A stretch of DNA of 64,000 bases from contig DAOQWY010000007.1 in NCBI GenBank assembly GCA_035342335.1, positions 38,162 through 102,161 of the forward strand. Direction: 5' to 3'. Positions 62,967 to 64,000 of the stretch are shown one piece after another. Below the pieces are notes generated by a model that saw only the letters and a program-made list of their open reading frames with translations, did no database searches and had not been told where the DNA came from. The position numbers and the translations under genes were made by a program. The DNA comes from Bacteroidales bacterium (GTDB taxonomy: Bacteria > Bacteroidota > Bacteroidia > Bacteroidales > JAGONC01). Each line of letters opens with the position of its first letter. The first letter of the stretch is position 1.

Positions 62967-64000
62967 AATCATTCTCTGCGAAAAAAACAGGGCACATCAT
63001 TCTCCTGGCGGTCTTGCTCGTGGCTGCTTTTTTGCGGCTGCTTGACCTTGCCGGGTTTTCGTTTTCCAATGATGAGCTCAGCGCGCTTTACAGGGTCAGG
63101 TTCGATCATTTCCGCGATCTGGTTTCTCAGGGATTTTATGTGGATGGTCATCCCGGTGGCGTGCAGGTGTTCCTTTATTACTGGGTGAAGCTGGCCGGCA
63201 CAACGGAATTCGCTGTCCGCCTGCCCTTTGCGCTGGCTGGAATCCTGGCCGTCTATGTGGCTTACAGGCTGGGAAAACGGTGGTTCACTGCCACCGCAGG
63301 ATTGTTTTGTGCACTTTTGGTGGCCATCCTGCAGTTTCCGCTCCTCTACAGCCAGATCGCACGGCCGTATGTAACCGGATTGCTGTTTGTCCTAATGACC
63401 GCCTGGTTCTGGACCCGCCTGGTCTTTGATGGTGAGGAACTTAACCGGCGGTCGAAAATTTTCTGCATCACCGGGTACATCCTGTCAACAACGCTTTGCT
63501 TGTACAATCATTACTTCAGTTTTCTGATGGCCGGCATCATCGGGCTGACGGGCTTGTTTTTCATAAAGCGCTCCACCAGGCTACCCTACCTGCTGAGCGG
63601 TGCAATCAGCATTCTTTTGTTCCTGCCTCACCTGTCCATCACGCTGAACCACCTTCGAATCGGCGGGGTTGGACTGTGGCTGGGAAAACCTTCCTGGGAT
63701 TTTTTGTTCAGACACATATTTTATATATTCAATGAATCCTGGTACCTGCTCGTTGTGGTCGTTGGCATTGCCGCCTGGATGATGTGGAAACAGCGCCTGT
63801 CAAACCCGTTCACGACATTCCGGCTGCTGGCCCTGCTCTGGTTCTTCCTGCCGATGATCATAGGATTCATCTATTCCAGGACCGTCAATCCACTGCTGCA
63901 GCATTCGGTTCTGATCTTTTCCTTCCCATTCCTCATTTATTTTCTGTTCTCGTTTGCTGAACCCGTCCTGAACCGTTCCACACTGCTGCTTCTTGTTTTT
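62963..64000 (+). CDS. ArnT/PMT_2-like (GT39/GT83-type, GT-C) membrane glycosyltransferase, partial (3' end beyond right window edge)
   Basis: Not in the ORF track because there is no stop inside the window. The ATG at 62963 overlaps the previous stop (ATGA). Translation reads MKSFSAKKTGHIILLAVLLVAAFLRLLDLAGFSFSNDELSALYRVRFDHFRDLVSQGFYVDGHPGGVQVFLYYWVKLAG...RLPFALAGILAVYVAYRLGKRWF... and stays open for 346 codons to the window end. It is polytopic, with the first-loop DE motif typical of ArnT/PMT_2-like enzymes. Confidence 0.65.
   Translation, partial: MKSFSAKKTGHIILLAVLLVAAFLRLLDLAGFSFSNDELSALYRVRFDHFRDLVSQGFYVDGHPGGVQVFLYYWVKLAGTTEFAVRLPFALAGILAVYVAYRLGKRWFTATAGLFCALLVAILQFPLLYSQIARPYVTGLLFVLMTAWFWTRLVFDGEELNRRSKIFCITGYILSTTLCLYNHYFSFLMAGIIGLTGLFFIKRSTRLPYLLSGAISILLFLPHLSITLNHLRIGGVGLWLGKPSWDFLFRHIFYIFNESWYLLVVVVGIAAWMMWKQRLSNPFTTFRLLALLWFFLPMIIGFIYSRTVNPLLQHSVLIFSFPFLIYFLFSFAEPVLNRSTLLLLVF

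Noticed and set aside
1-64000. Searched for mobile elements (transposase or integrase motifs, long terminal inverted repeats, tRNA-flanked islands) and for canonical defence operons.
   Set aside because: None of the translated ORFs shows DDE/HUH transposase, tyrosine or serine recombinase, restriction-modification, Cas, or toxin-antitoxin hallmarks. The window reads as core genome, and the HD-TM fusion is the only defence-like architecture.

Overview
Dense, mostly housekeeping chromosomal segment, read by eye with no searches run. It is almost certainly from a Bacteroidota genome. Evidence: three secreted proteins end in T9SS C-terminal sorting domains; a PorX-type response regulator/PglZ protein is present; lpxC and fabZ are fused; there is an rseC + rnfBCDGEA cluster and a GWxTD protein; and TAnnTTTG -7 promoter boxes sit 20-26 nt upstream of many start codons. 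I support 55 CDSs. They include a partial hut pathway (hutI, ftcD), the Rnf complex, murB, an OPT transporter, rsmG, rnhB and purD. They also include a polysaccharide locus (GT4, FkbM, flippase, Wzz-like, O-antigen-ligase-like), the lipid A cluster (lpxD-lpxC/fabZ-lpxA) with tkt and efp, porX, tsaE, aroB, a GH29 fucosidase and rlmB. I saw no rRNA, tRNA, CRISPR array, transposase or integrase, and every intergenic gap is shorter than about 165 nt. The points most worth a second look are these. (1) Heptanucleotide tandem-repeat arrays fill several intergenic spacers in the first 26 kb, and two of them share an extra 11-nt core. (2) A tandem Wzz-Wzz fusion has a linker carrying an A11 run, and either +1 or -1 slippage splits it into two genes. 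(3) A 12-TM GT-C-like membrane protein carries three C-terminal repeats of about 140 aa and is followed by a second GT-C gene. (4) An HD-domain protein is fused to a 3-TM module resembling Pycsar-effector/DUF5706 domains. (5) An OPT transporter and a PqqD-like (RRE) gene form a pair. (6) A 47-aa lipoprotein ORF is missing from the ORF track. All functional calls rest on motif recognition and need HMM/BLAST confirmation.
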